Below are positions 48,701-59,112 of a stretch of 64,000 nt of DNA, piece by piece. The DNA is taken from positions 57,728-121,727 of IMG/VR virus record IMGVR_UViG_3300010965_000427; one strand, given 5' to 3'. Under the pieces are notes generated by a model. It did not search any database. It was not told the DNA's origin and saw only the letters and a program-made list of their open reading frames with translations. The stretch comes from a virus. Each line of letters begins with the position of its first letter. The stretch's first letter is position 1. Made by a program: the position numbers and the translations under genes.

Positions 48701-51700
48701 TTTATTTTGCTGTCTTTTAAATCAGCTAAGGCAGCTGCATATGCAGCTTCTACATCAGATTTTTTTATTGTCAAGATTAATTTTTTTTCCAATGGACATT
48801 CTGTGTATTGATAAGGGCCGTCGCTAAATTTGCAAGCATTTAAATAAGATCTTTTTTCTTTATCTTCAAGATTATTTGCTTCTTCTAATTTTGTTTTTTT
48901 ATTTATTACATATAAAGCTGTTAAGTGAGTAAGAAAAACAGCCTTAAATCTTTTGGCAAACCAAGTAAGGAATCTTTTTTTATGATCTAAATTGTCTGGT
49001 AATACATCAAAAATAGAAAATAATTCATCAGGAATTATTTTAGAATCATTAAGAAAAGCTACTTTATTATTATAAATTATTTTTCCATCTTGAAGATAAT
49101 CTTCCAATGCAAATAAACGATAATAATCTTCACTTTCATTTGAGCTAAATCCATATTGGGTAAATCGAGCAACATCTATTAATGAAGCTTTATTTCTAGT
49201 AAATCTTTTGTAAAGCAAATAGCTTCCATAGCCAGCCAAAGCAACAGCGCCTACGCCTAAAACTACTGGCCAGGAAATAAAAGACATGGCGGCAGTAGCG
49301 GCGGCCGCGGCAGTTCCACCTATTGCTTCAAGCGCAATGCCGGCTCCTGTGGCTCCAAGAGCTGCTTCTGCAATTCCTCCAACTAATGCTCTGCCTCCGA
49401 TTGCTAACCCGCCCCTCGCAATAGCGCTAGCCCCTCTAGCAACACCAGCATTTCCAGCAATGTTTCTTCCAGCTCTTTCTGCTCCCTGAGCTAACCTTCC
49501 TAATCTAGATCTGGCTGGAGTTCTTCCGCTTTGCCTTTGGCCCCTTCCACGGCGCCTTCTGGGATTTTGTTCTCTATTGCCACCTTGGTTTCCTTCATTT
49601 CCTCCGCTGGCCTCAGAAGCACTATCCATCATGTCTTTTAGACTAGATAATCCTTCGCTAATAGTGTCATAGGCTCCTCCAGCTTTTTCTATTATTGTAT
49701 CTAAAATATTTGTACCAGAACGATATCTCATTCCTGATTCAGAATTTTGACCTTTTTTTTCGGCTCGCCTGGCTTCGTCTCTCTTTTTAGAATCTTCTAA
49801 TTTACTTTGCCAGCTTCCGGGTCTTCCAGCCGATTCAGGTTGATTATTTCTAGAAGTTGTTAATTTTTTCCATAGCCCACTTAAAATACTGAACCCTCCT
49901 TGAGCTGCATTTGATAGACGCTGTTTTCCTGAAGATAAATAATCAGAGCCGTAAGATAAAATATTTCCACCAATTTGACCTATTAAATTTTTTCCTGCTA
50001 AAAATCGTGTTTTTATTTTTTTACCAAATTGGTTGTATATTCCTCTTAAAAATTGCTCAGTTGTTAATAATACTTCACCAGCTGCATTAATAACGGCCCC
50101 TCGAATTTCATCTGGGCTTAATATTACTTTTCCTGTCAATTGGTCAAAATAAGCTCCGGCTTTAAATAAAGCAGCCTGCAATAAAGGAGAAGCCTGGCCT
50201 TTGATATAAACGTCATAAGGACGCTTAGCGGCGTGAGTTAGCTTATCTCTTCCATAAGACAATATTTTAAAAAGTTGCTGAGAGCCTTTTGGCAATTGGT
50301 TAGAAATAACATCTTTGATAGTTTCCGAGCCTCTAGAAAAAGCCCATCCTAATAAATCGCTACTGTTGTTATAAATATCTCTGGCTAAGTTTGATATTTT
50401 ATTAGAGCTTCCTGCTCTAGATGTATCTGCGTCTTGTCTTTGATCGGATAAATTATTTTCGCTTGCATTTTCAAACAAAGAATCGGTTTCTGATATTATA
50501 CTTTCTGTTCTTTGAACAATTCTTTCTTCTGAATTTAAGCGATTACGGCTTTTTTTATTTTTTTGTTTTCTTGATTCATTGTTATCAATTTTCCATCCTT
50601 GTAATAAATCTAAAATTGATTGATTAGACTCTTGTATTGCTAATAATGGATTAGCAACATGTAACTCTATACATTCACAAGGATCAATCGAACTGTTATT
50701 CGACGGCGAAGGAGGAGCTATTCTATTGCGTCTTGTTATGCGATTAGACGGGGACCTTCTCCTGCCTTTGGGGGGGCGGCCAGGTCTATTTCCAGGGCCA
50801 TTATCGTCAGATGAGCCGGATGAATCGTTTGAGTCGTCTAGTAAAAATGTTTTATATTTTTCATAATTAATGGAATAACCCCCTTCTTTTTTCAGAGATA
50901 TTAAACCCAATTCAACTAATTGATCGCTATATCCGGCGTTAACAAACGCCTGTATATCCCCTCTGATGTCTTTAACTGAATGCCTGGCGTTATTTGCAAT
51001 TTGACTAATAATATTGTTTTTTTCTTCTAGATGTGTTTCGCCTCTATCTGCATCATGCAATTGAGATTGAATCATTGCTCTAATTTCTTCAGCTTCTATT
51101 GGGTCGATATCTTTATAAAATTCTGGTTTTAAAAGTGTGTCTTTATTATACAGTGTTTGAGAATGCACCATTCTAGATAGTTGTTTTTTAAATGTTTCAG
51201 CCGCTCCTTTAGATAATGTCGCGTCCCCTCTAATGTTGGAAGATAATAAGTCAATTCTTTTTGAAAAGTCACCTTTATCTAATTGAGATTTTAAATAGTC
51301 GCTAGTTGATTTAATAGAATGGCTACGTTGCAAAAATGTGTCTTTTGTTGAATCAAATACAGTGAGTTCTTGCCTCTCGTCCCCTGTTCGAAATACTTGA
51401 ATCTCACGAAGAATTCTGGATAAATACCCAGGTATGACTGTTACCAGGCTTTTTCTGCTGGCTTGGTCATAGCCAATTGTTGCCCCAGATAACCCAAAAA
51501 TTCCATTTCCAGTGTTTAAATCCATATCTATTTTATTATTAGAGAAAGAACTAAGACCGGCTGAAGTTATGCTTCTTAAAATATTTTTTATTCCACCGAG
51601 CCTTCCATAATCGTCTTCTGTGTTATGTCTTTCTCTAAGAAAATCGGATTTTTTTAAATCAGAAATTGCCCCAGGTAAATTATTAGAATATTGACTAAGT

Positions 51701-52857
51701 CTGTGGCCAAATTTTTCAAATTTAGAACCTTTTCTAGAAAGTCTTTTTTTGATTTTTGATCCAGCTTTTCTTGCAATCTTCGATCCAGCCCATTCTCCGG
51801 CTAAATTTCCCGCTTCTTCAACATTGTCAACATCAATACCAGAATCCCTAGCTGTCTCTTGAGCTTCAAGAGCGTCTTCTCCAATAGTGATGCCTTGCTC
51901 AAATGCGTCCTTAATAACGCCAATTTGAGATAATAGAGTTTTTCTTAAGTTAGAAAATCCTTCTTTTAAAAAATTGCCTTGGCCAAACAAACCTTCTCTG
52001 GCTGTATCAAAGAATTTGGTTCTAGCTAAATCCTTAAATTTTTCTGCTTGGGTTATTTTTACATATTCTGGCAAAGCGGTGTTTTTAATAATTGCTTCAT
52101 TTTGTATACGAAGTGTTTCATGTTGAGCTTTTACTGCATTTAAAAAATCCGCTTGTACAAAATAACTGCGATATTGTAGTTCTAAAGATTTTTTCTGATA
52201 TGCAGCGTTTATTCTCTCATTATAGGAATGTAAACTACTTACACTGGTAGCAATTGTATTAAGTAATTGATGTTCTGAAATGTATCGATCTGATTCTAAC
52301 TTTGTTTTTAAAAGACTTTCTGCTTTTCTTGATGCCTCCGTTTCAGCATCTGCTTGCGCTTGTATTTCAAATACAGAACGAATAGTTTGCTCTAGCCCTT
52401 CTTCGCGTTGTCTTTCTGGCGAAGAAGCAGATGATTTGTACTCTGTAGATTCAAGTTTTTTCTTTAATCTATTAAAAATAGCATGGGTTCTTTTATATTG
52501 CGCCGGTATTAATCTGTCTACAAACTTTGCAGCTTTTTCAGCTACTGGCTTTATTTCCTTTGTTGCTTCATTGTATAGGGAGCCAATGTTGCCAGCAACT
52601 TCATCTGAAACATCAATAAAACTGCCATATTCATTTGGTAAAGATTCTTTTAATAGTTGTTGTAAAAAAATTGTATCTTTTGATTTGCTTTTTAATCCTT
52701 TAATCGCCCCTTTAAACGCACTATTAACTGGGTTTCTTTTTTTGCTCTTAGTGTCGTCACTCGACAATGCATCAATGTCATCAAAGTTAAATTCATCAAA
52801 ATCAAGACTCATGTCTACGTCAGATGAATCAATCTTTAGGTCTTTTTTCTTTGCCAT
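45751..52857 (-). CDS. tail-associated muralytic / tape-measure-like protein, phiKZ gp181-like, with an M15 Zn-peptidase and an SLT lytic transglycosylase
   Basis: YQKKSLELQYR and NTALPEYVK N-terminal motifs; SAFRT..Q...ATPG.SAHEFGLAMD...EDWH (M15); AVESG...SSARGIFQF...TW...LYLAHF.G.GG (SLT). Confidence 0.85.
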   Translation of the reverse strand: MAKKKDLKIDSSDVDMSLDFDEFNFDDIDALSSDDTKSKKRNPVNSAFKGAIKGLKSKSKDTIFLQQLLKESLPNEYGSFIDVSDEVAGNIGSLYNEATKEIKPVAEKAAKFVDRLIPAQYKRTHAIFNRLKKKLESTEYKSSASSPERQREEGLEQTIRSVFEIQAQADAETEASRKAESLLKTKLESDRYISEHQLLNTIATSVSSLHSYNERINAAYQKKSLELQYRSYFVQADFLNAVKAQHETLRIQNEAIIKNTALPEYVKITQAEKFKDLARTKFFDTAREGLFGQGNFLKEGFSNLRKTLLSQIGVIKDAFEQGITIGEDALEAQETARDSGIDVDNVEEAGNLAGEWAGSKIARKAGSKIKKRLSRKGSKFEKFGHRLSQYSNNLPGAISDLKKSDFLRERHNTEDDYGRLGGIKNILRSITSAGLSSFSNNKIDMDLNTGNGIFGLSGATIGYDQASRKSLVTVIPGYLSRILREIQVFRTGDERQELTVFDSTKDTFLQRSHSIKSTSDYLKSQLDKGDFSKRIDLLSSNIRGDATLSKGAAETFKKQLSRMVHSQTLYNKDTLLKPEFYKDIDPIEAEEIRAMIQSQLHDADRGETHLEEKNNIISQIANNARHSVKDIRGDIQAFVNAGYSDQLVELGLISLKKEGGYSINYEKYKTFLLDDSNDSSGSSDDNGPGNRPGRPPKGRRRSPSNRITRRNRIAPPSPSNNSSIDPCECIELHVANPLLAIQESNQSILDLLQGWKIDNNESRKQKNKKSRNRLNSEERIVQRTESIISETDSLFENASENNLSDQRQDADTSRAGSSNKISNLARDIYNNSSDLLGWAFSRGSETIKDVISNQLPKGSQQLFKILSYGRDKLTHAAKRPYDVYIKGQASPLLQAALFKAGAYFDQLTGKVILSPDEIRGAVINAAGEVLLTTEQFLRGIYNQFGKKIKTRFLAGKNLIGQIGGNILSYGSDYLSSGKQRLSNAAQGGFSILSGLWKKLTTSRNNQPESAGRPGSWQSKLEDSKKRDEARRAEKKGQNSESGMRYRSGTNILDTIIEKAGGAYDTISEGLSSLKDMMDSASEASGGNEGNQGGNREQNPRRRRGRGQRQSGRTPARSRLGRLAQGAERAGRNIAGNAGVARGASAIARGGLAIGGRALVGGIAEAALGATGAGIALEAIGGTAAAAATAAMSFISWPVVLGVGAVALAGYGSYLLYKRFTRNKASLIDVARFTQYGFSSNESEDYYRLFALEDYLQDGKIIYNNKVAFLNDSKIIPDELFSIFDVLPDNLDHKKRFLTWFAKRFKAVFLTHLTALYVINKKTKLEEANNLEDKEKRSYLNACKFSDGPYQYTECPLEKKLILTIKKSDVEAAYAAALADLKDSKIKKAVEPGSISATVASNADKKEQEVPGGAAMLKKLETWGKTELTTIATSTYDNLKTTGLSFISAVKEDTKLLLSISSRAIKRFGLSVSALEAVRFKSYGLVYLDRIKVSAIRRLEECLASKIRVTRDGVATFDGDAAIIIKEVGGEFSLSSINDKNAAQWLMWFKFRFLPIYLTYTGIGYLKTNKLDSFDIEESLKEGDQYEIGLKISGVSDVWTIGASPWIGIVLGTNSAIIKDNMAYLQIRASKEKLTEQSVSQKKAEASIAATTAANPTPGASASGTSTFVTPQPNTFGPRITAANSQTEISPTNNEVPTGKTSTLAGTIAGGIRPEPGAIAPNAPMQTPNSVSITNAPVDSKFGDAFIQPIGHAIGKIGVDSGGPKRTGMMPGFMRNFRAMAAEYGKKTKKKIVITSAFRTYEDQVRAKKNSPRLAATPGYSAHEFGLAMDISSANANELESLGLMKKYGFTRPIGAEDWHIEPSGVAASLQSVAKSKLDSKYAEQQIAASLGRGGGGYGLTPGARPKGRDDKTSGAVFSGGAAGVMPTSEELGVVPGGDVNMASGSGAIPKPGMSGIETQGGTTPSSQGGIAQGVQNAGPATIGGQAESANAASSAGGIDRGMQINAAQSQAPQPSSPIDTSGKQSNIKKIIVDAAQRVGVDPAIALTMAAVESGMGQNKAAKSSSARGIFQFIKGTWAKVLKDYGGKYNLSPNTSPMDDNANALMGMEFIKENARALSGVRPNPGAGDLYLAHFMGAGGAKKLFSLPPGEIAAKHFPAAAFANPTIFGNNRTVGGIIQWANDVMQKRAKQWNIPLGASPSTSLPQIAKSQQTNQTTINSAPTPQNGPASPAGQLPEQLGVTPGLGPQPAAAGATGGLQVPTGIETNQAVNVPPQISAPIDRGASLGSLGLNDGIANLDKTLIKSIDIQTQMLTTLQQILTKIEPERLIDIINKLGSSSKNPEPSAVNTTSPAKTAPRGGVDLTRSILA

Positions 52858-52907
52858 GTGAATTTCTCCTTAGATTAACTTTTTGCTTTTCCGCAGGGTA
52901 TAAAAAA

Positions 52908-54518
52908 ATGAATCCTTTACCATTTAATATTGATTTACTTTTGCCAACCCCTGAAATGGTAAAATATTTAATGCCAATAACCGCTCTTGATACCATGGAC
53001 GGGAAAACAAAAAACTTTCATTCAAAAGGATTGTTTAGTGTAGAAATATTTGGAAAATCTGGAGAGGAAAGAAGAAGTAGATCTTTTTCTTATATTGATT
53101 TAAAATTACCAATTTTTCATCCAATAATATACAAATCACTAGGCGATATAAAGGCTTTATATGCAGCTATTATTTCTGGACAAGGATGGGCAAAATGGGA
53201 CGAGGACTTAAAGGATTTTGTGAAATCAACGGCAATAGATGGCTACACTGGTTATGCTTTCTTTATGGAGCATTATAAAGAAATAGTGTTTGAAGAAAGA
53301 CCTAGCTTTAAGAGAGAGGCCAATATAGCCGTTATTAATAAATATAGAAATAATAGCACTACTCGATATCTATTAATATTGCCAGCTGGGCTACGAGACT
53401 TCCAATACGATAAAACAGGAAAACCGTCTCAGGATGAAGTAAATCAGTTATATAGAAGCGCATTATCAATAAGCAATATGGCTACTGAGGAATTACTTAG
53501 TAGAAATCCAGAATCTCTCAATGAATTAAGATACAGATTACAATTGGTGTTAAATGAAATATACGATCATTTTAAATCTCTTTTGGAAGGAAAAAAGAAA
53601 TTAGTCTTAGGAAAATGGGCGTCTCGAAGGATTGAAAATGGGACTAGAAATGTTATAACATCAATGAATATGGATGTAAACTATTTAGGGGATGCCAGAA
53701 CTATCGGAGTTAATCAAACTGTCATTGGCTTATACCAATTTATGAAAGCAGCTTTGCCGTTATCAGTTTATAATATAAAAAACGGTTTCTTACAAAATGT
53801 TTTTCCGGAATCAAATGCAAGTGCTTTATTGGTTAATAAAAAAACATTAAAAAAAGAAATAGTTAATTTAGATCCAAAAAACTATGATCAATGGATGACT
53901 AATGAAGGTCTAGAACAAACCATTACTAGCTTTGCAATGGAGGAAGGAAGATTTAGCCCGCTAGAAACTCAAAACCATTATTTCGGCCTTATTTACAGAG
54001 GGCCAGATAATACATATAGGTTATTTCAAGATATAGACGATTTACCAAAAAATTTAAATAAAGAAGATGTATCCCCAATTACCATTTGTCAACTATTTTA
54101 CCTATCGGTATTTGAAATTGCTAATAAACTTCCGCTATATGTGACACGTTATCCTGTTATAAATTACGGCAGCACATATCCAAGTTTTGTTTATTTAAAA
54201 ACTACAGTTAAAACGGAAACCAGAACGGCTCTTGATTCAAATTGGAACAAAACTGAAACAATTGCTTACCAATTTCCAATAGATGGGGAACAATTTGTTG
54301 ACTCTATGTCTCCACACCCGACAAAACTTGGAAGATTAGGGGCAGATTTTGACGGAGACATGATTTCTGCCAACATCGTTTATACAGAAGAAGCGATCGA
54401 AGAAGTTAAGAAATTATTACTTAGCCCAAAATTTTATATTGGTCCGAATGGGAAAATGTATTTTAGTGCTAGCACGGATATACTAAATCACACATTAAAT
54501 TACATGACATCTGATTAA
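52908..54518 (+). CDS. virion RNA polymerase beta' subunit, catalytic part, phiKZ gp180-like
   Basis: GLFS.EIFG, LPAGLRD, GKKKL..GKWASR, TRYP and catalytic GADFDGD; start re-called at ATG 52908. Confidence 0.9.
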   Translation: MNPLPFNIDLLLPTPEMVKYLMPITALDTMDGKTKNFHSKGLFSVEIFGKSGEERRSRSFSYIDLKLPIFHPIIYKSLGDIKALYAAIISGQGWAKWDEDLKDFVKSTAIDGYTGYAFFMEHYKEIVFEERPSFKREANIAVINKYRNNSTTRYLLILPAGLRDFQYDKTGKPSQDEVNQLYRSALSISNMATEELLSRNPESLNELRYRLQLVLNEIYDHFKSLLEGKKKLVLGKWASRRIENGTRNVITSMNMDVNYLGDARTIGVNQTVIGLYQFMKAALPLSVYNIKNGFLQNVFPESNASALLVNKKTLKKEIVNLDPKNYDQWMTNEGLEQTITSFAMEEGRFSPLETQNHYFGLIYRGPDNTYRLFQDIDDLPKNLNKEDVSPITICQLFYLSVFEIANKLPLYVTRYPVINYGSTYPSFVYLKTTVKTETRTALDSNWNKTETIAYQFPIDGEQFVDSMSPHPTKLGRLGADFDGDMISANIVYTEEAIEEVKKLLLSPKFYIGPNGKMYFSASTDILNHTLNYMTSD

Positions 54519-54536
54519 CAGTTTCGGAGTATCTTA

Positions 54537-57500
54537 ATGCAAGAGTACAAGCAGTGGTATAATAGGTTTGGGGTTAGGTTACAACAGCAATTAATAACTC
54601 CAAGAATTTTTCCATTTGAGTTGTTTTATTTTCCAAAAAATGCAATTTGGCATTTTACAGAGGCTGGCCCTACGCAATTTGGGCCTTCCTCTAGCATTCC
54701 TTTCTTATCTGTATATGGAAAAAGGCTCCCAATACAACACATAATTGAATTAAATGAAATCTCAATTGGAGGACGCCGCCTGAGCCATCCACCAATGGAT
54801 TATATTAAGAGATTCGCTAATGCTGAAAAAGGATTTAAATACACAATTGACGCAGTTAAATTAATCAATGATCCTCAAATTCCCATTGTTTGCAATTATG
54901 GAATTATTCCTCATCTGTATTACTATCAAGATAACTATTTAAAAGCCTATCATGAATGGCTAGATATTAGAAAAACAGCATGTAAAACTTGTGCTGAAAT
55001 TACGAAATATTCAAATCGACAACATTTCTTTTTTATAACAATTCCTTCTATATTGCCAGGTTATAATGCACTAAGAACGCTAGAAGAAAAAGTCAATCAA
55101 TCCTTTTTTCGAATATTTGATACCCCAGAAAAATGGGAGTTAATGGAGTTTTATAAATGGTTAGAAAATTCTGATATCAGAAAAAGCATTTTTTCAATTT
55201 TACCAACAGAATCTTTTTCTAAAATAACGTGTGTGTTTTTTTACCAGTCCTATTGGTTTGCAATAAATCTGAATTATTTAAAAGAATGGACAGTTGGAGA
55301 AGAAAATCCTAATAATAAAGCTTATCAACAATTTAAACCTGATCATTTGCAAAAATTATTTTTAAAAAGCTGTTTAACTTTGCAATCTTCTTCAAGCGTT
55401 ATAATTTCCCCAGCAGAGCAAACAGCTTCTAATTTAGATCAATTAGAATTAGCAAAAGATTCCAGTGTTATAAAAACTCCCACTGTATCTTCTGTTAATT
55501 TTCTTAAGTCTAAAGTCGAGACTTCATATGATTCGGCAGATCAGCAAACATTTTTAAAGGACGACGATCGAGAATTTGATTTTTCAAAAGTATTTGAAGA
55601 CGCCGATGAAGATGCAAAAGCCATTGATCATATTGATTCTTTAAGAAAAATCACAGATTATAGACATTTTAAAAAACCAAATACTTCTTTAGATTTGGTA
55701 GAAAGCGATGATGAAATAAATTCTATTTCTTTAAAAATGACACGTGAAGAAATAGCTAATCAAGTTTTATCAGAACTAGATTCTAATAGAATTTTGATTA
55801 ATGACATTGAAGCTCATGCCGAACTTCGTGTAATTGATATAGCAAGCTATCGTTTATTACTAAATCAAGCTAAAGCGGCCGGGAAACAGCCAAGTCCTTA
55901 TGATAGCAAAAAGACAATTAACGAATACTGCGATATTAAAAAAGAAGATTTATCAATTAATGAAAAGAAATTTAATTCATTAGGTTACGTTCCAGATCAA
56001 TCAATGCATTCATCGACATTGACAGAGTTTGATTCAAGTTATGTTGAATCAATTATGCCAAAAGACATTGTTGGAATGACAGCCGGAATTCAAAAAGCTG
56101 GCATAATATTGCGTAGACATTCTATAGAAAAAGTGTCAAGTATACTAGGGGATTTTGAAGCACACACCATTGAACTTAGACCAATTGACGGAGCGCCATC
56201 GACCCTTCGTTTTAAACTTCCTATAGTGACAGACATAGGAGAGTTTATGGTAAATGGAAAAAAAATGCATATGAGAAAGCAGCGAGGAGAGCTGCCAATT
56301 AGAAAAATAAATGCAACCACGGTTTCTTTAACTAGTTATTATGGAAAAGTATTTGTTAAACGGAGTGATAAAAAGGTTAATGATTCAGAAGAATGGCTAA
56401 GCACAAGGCTTATTAGGGATGGTCTTAGTGGCAGTGGTGAAATTATAAAAAATGTAATATTAGGAAATGTGTTTATTGCATCTTTGCATGCTCCCAAAAT
56501 ATACTCCGGGATGGCGCAAAAATTTAAAAGAATAGATTTCTATAATTGTTCTTTATTCTTTGAATATAATAAACGAATTGATCTATTTGGAATCGATCGT
56601 TGTAACGAAATAGAATCCCAGGGAGGAATCCTTGTTGGCAAAACTAATAATGATGAACCTATTATAGTCACTGATGATAATATTTTCTATGCAATAAATG
56701 ATGGCAATAAAGTTCGTTTGGGAAGTTTATCTAATTTAGCTGGACTTGACGAAACAAATATGCCAGTCGACTATGCCGTTTTAAAGGTTTATAGAAAAGA
56801 AATTCCCCTTGGAATGGTTTTATGTTACTATATGGGAATTGACAATGTATTAACGTGGCTTAATTGTTCTCCAAAAATATTAAATTCCAAAGAGCGAATT
56901 TCATTAAACTCTGACGAATGGGCATTAGTGTTCCAAGATAAAAAACTTATTTTTAGCAGAAATGACCAATTAGCTAGTTTATTATTTGCTGGATTTAATG
57001 AATACTCTTCTTCTATTCGAAATTATTTTTATGAAGCTTTTAATCAAAATAATGTTTACTTAAATGTATTTGAAAAAAAAGAAATTACAGTGCGCTATTT
57101 AAGAGAACTTGATCTTATGGATCGTTTATTTATTGACCCCATTACTTTAGGTTTATTAAAAGAAAGAAATGAGCCGGTAACATTTATCGGGCTTCTTTTT
57201 CTGGCAAACGAACTTATTAATACAGATTATCATTCAAGTCAGTACGCAATGACTGAAATGAGAATTAAAGGATATGAAAGATTTTCTGGAGCTATATACC
57301 AGGAGCTCGTAACCTCTATTAGAAATTATAGATCCAGAAATCTTCGAGGAAAAGCAAAAATAGAAATGAGCCCATATGCTGTTTGGAGAAGAATTACTCA
57401 AGATCCGTCTAATATGTTAGTGGCAGATATTAATCCAATTGAAACATTAAAACAATCTGAAGCAGTAACATATTTAGGCGAAGGTGGCCGAACAAAAGAA

Positions 57501-58850
57501 TCAATGAATAAAAAATCAAGAACATTTGATGTTACAGATATCGGAGTAATTTCAGAATCTACTCCAGATAGCGGAAATGTTGGAATTAATACATTTACTA
57601 CAGCTAGTCCTTTATTCACATCTTTACGCGGGACAACAGAGCCATATGACCCAACTAAACACGGCGGGGCAAATATGCTGTCAACAAGCGCCGTTGTCTC
57701 CGTGGGGGCTGATAGAGATGACCCAAAGAGGGTTAATTTTATATCAATACAGCAGGCGCATTCAATAAGCTGCATAGGAAATACTCAGCCGATAATTAGA
57801 ACAGGGTACGAAGAAGTAATTGCTCATAGAACATCTGACATTTTTGCCTATATGGCAAAAACAGATGGAAAAGTAATAAGTATATCAGAAAAAGGAATTA
57901 TCATTGAAGGAACAGATAATAAACAAATCGGAATAGAATTAGGGCGAAGATACGGTTTAGCAGAAGGAAATGTATATGCTCACGATATAGTAACAACATT
58001 AAAGGAAAACGATAATTATAAGGCCGGAGACCCCGTTGCGTATAATTCTGGATTTTTTGAACCAGATGTAATGAATCCAAGAAAAATTATTTGGAAATGT
58101 AGTCAATTAGTTACAACTGCTTTATGTGAAACTACGCAAACACATGAAGACTCAAGTGCTATATCTAGAGATTTAGCAAATAAATTAGAAACTGTGTCGG
58201 TATTTGTTAGGTCATTTGTGGTTAATTTTGATCAAAGCGTTCAGCGCATAGTAAAAATTGGAAGCCACGTTGAACCAACTGATATTTTACTTATAATTGA
58301 AGACGAAGTTACTGCTTCTACAGCAATTTTTGATGAAGAAACAATTCAAACATTACAGATGCTATCCAATAAAGCTCCAAAAGCAAAAAAAAGAGGCATA
58401 ATAGATAAAATAGAAGTTTTTTATCATGGAGATAAAAACGATATGTCTCCTTCATTGAAAAAAATAACAAATAATAGCGATCAGATGTTATTAAAATATT
58501 GCTCTTCTGTAGGAAAAAAACCAGTGACAGGAGAAGTCACTAGCGATTACAGAGTGGAAGGAGACGCAATGGAACTGGACACAGCGGAAATTAAGTTTTA
58601 TATTTCATCCAATATCGGAGCCGGGGTTGGGGATAAGGGTGTATTTGCTAATCAATTAAAAACAACTTTCTGCGAAGTATTGCCAGAGCCCATTGTTACT
58701 GAGAGTGGAGAAACTGTAGACGCTATTTTTGGCAGGCGATCGGTGCAAGCTCGCATTGTATTATCTTCAGATATAATTGGAACTACAAATGTGTTACTTA
58801 AACTAATAGGGAAAGAAGCAGCAAAGCTTTATTTTCATTCAAAAAACTAA
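54537..58850 (+). CDS. virion RNA polymerase beta subunit, phiKZ gp178-like
   Basis: V.LTSYYGK, G.GGR, G.ISE.TPDSG.VG, DD.KR.NF..IQ..H, T.EDSS.IS, GDK.VF.NQ.K. Confidence 0.9.
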   Translation: MQEYKQWYNRFGVRLQQQLITPRIFPFELFYFPKNAIWHFTEAGPTQFGPSSSIPFLSVYGKRLPIQHIIELNEISIGGRRLSHPPMDYIKRFANAEKGFKYTIDAVKLINDPQIPIVCNYGIIPHLYYYQDNYLKAYHEWLDIRKTACKTCAEITKYSNRQHFFFITIPSILPGYNALRTLEEKVNQSFFRIFDTPEKWELMEFYKWLENSDIRKSIFSILPTESFSKITCVFFYQSYWFAINLNYLKEWTVGEENPNNKAYQQFKPDHLQKLFLKSCLTLQSSSSVIISPAEQTASNLDQLELAKDSSVIKTPTVSSVNFLKSKVETSYDSADQQTFLKDDDREFDFSKVFEDADEDAKAIDHIDSLRKITDYRHFKKPNTSLDLVESDDEINSISLKMTREEIANQVLSELDSNRILINDIEAHAELRVIDIASYRLLLNQAKAAGKQPSPYDSKKTINEYCDIKKEDLSINEKKFNSLGYVPDQSMHSSTLTEFDSSYVESIMPKDIVGMTAGIQKAGIILRRHSIEKVSSILGDFEAHTIELRPIDGAPSTLRFKLPIVTDIGEFMVNGKKMHMRKQRGELPIRKINATTVSLTSYYGKVFVKRSDKKVNDSEEWLSTRLIRDGLSGSGEIIKNVILGNVFIASLHAPKIYSGMAQKFKRIDFYNCSLFFEYNKRIDLFGIDRCNEIESQGGILVGKTNNDEPIIVTDDNIFYAINDGNKVRLGSLSNLAGLDETNMPVDYAVLKVYRKEIPLGMVLCYYMGIDNVLTWLNCSPKILNSKERISLNSDEWALVFQDKKLIFSRNDQLASLLFAGFNEYSSSIRNYFYEAFNQNNVYLNVFEKKEITVRYLRELDLMDRLFIDPITLGLLKERNEPVTFIGLLFLANELINTDYHSSQYAMTEMRIKGYERFSGAIYQELVTSIRNYRSRNLRGKAKIEMSPYAVWRRITQDPSNMLVADINPIETLKQSEAVTYLGEGGRTKESMNKKSRTFDVTDIGVISESTPDSGNVGINTFTTASPLFTSLRGTTEPYDPTKHGGANMLSTSAVVSVGADRDDPKRVNFISIQQAHSISCIGNTQPIIRTGYEEVIAHRTSDIFAYMAKTDGKVISISEKGIIIEGTDNKQIGIELGRRYGLAEGNVYAHDIVTTLKENDNYKAGDPVAYNSGFFEPDVMNPRKIIWKCSQLVTTALCETTQTHEDSSAISRDLANKLETVSVFVRSFVVNFDQSVQRIVKIGSHVEPTDILLIIEDEVTASTAIFDEETIQTLQMLSNKAPKAKKRGIIDKIEVFYHGDKNDMSPSLKKITNNSDQMLLKYCSSVGKKPVTGEVTSDYRVEGDAMELDTAEIKFYISSNIGAGVGDKGVFANQLKTTFCEVLPEPIVTESGETVDAIFGRRSVQARIVLSSDIIGTTNVLLKLIGKEAAKLYFHSKN

Positions 58851-58875
58851 ACAATTGAGAAAAGAGTAAAAGAAC

Positions 58876-59094
58876 ATGTCGGTAGTTTTGGACCCTCAAG
58901 CGCCTGTAACTCCTAAACAACTGCAATGCCAAAGAAATGCTGTTGTTATTGGAAACGCTATTACACTTGCATCTGAAGTCATAATTAAAACAATGGGAAA
59001 TGACATTTCAAATACATTAGCTGGCTCTCCTGTGAAATTAGATTTACTTTATTTGACATTAATTTCCAGAATCAGACAGAATCTAACCGTTTAA
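58876..59094 (+). CDS. small hypothetical protein (72 aa)
   Basis: Fills the gap in the operon; purine-rich upstream region. Confidence 0.6.
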   Translation: MSVVLDPQAPVTPKQLQCQRNAVVIGNAITLASEVIIKTMGNDISNTLAGSPVKLDLLYLTLISRIRQNLTV

Positions 59095-59112
59095 TTGTAA
59101 GGAGCTAACGTC

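Noticed and set aside
907-57775. Numerous short antisense or nested ORFs (e.g. 907-1389, 35759-36145, 41808-42275, 42262-42735, 52280-52861, 57398-57775)
   Set aside because: They lie within or opposite well-supported genes and show the Ser/Phe/Leu-rich composition of shadow frames.
52908-58850. Introns, inteins or a homing endonuclease in the vRNAP genes
   Set aside because: Both ORFs are continuous and 18 bp apart, with no recognisable LAGLIDADG/HNH or intein splice motifs.
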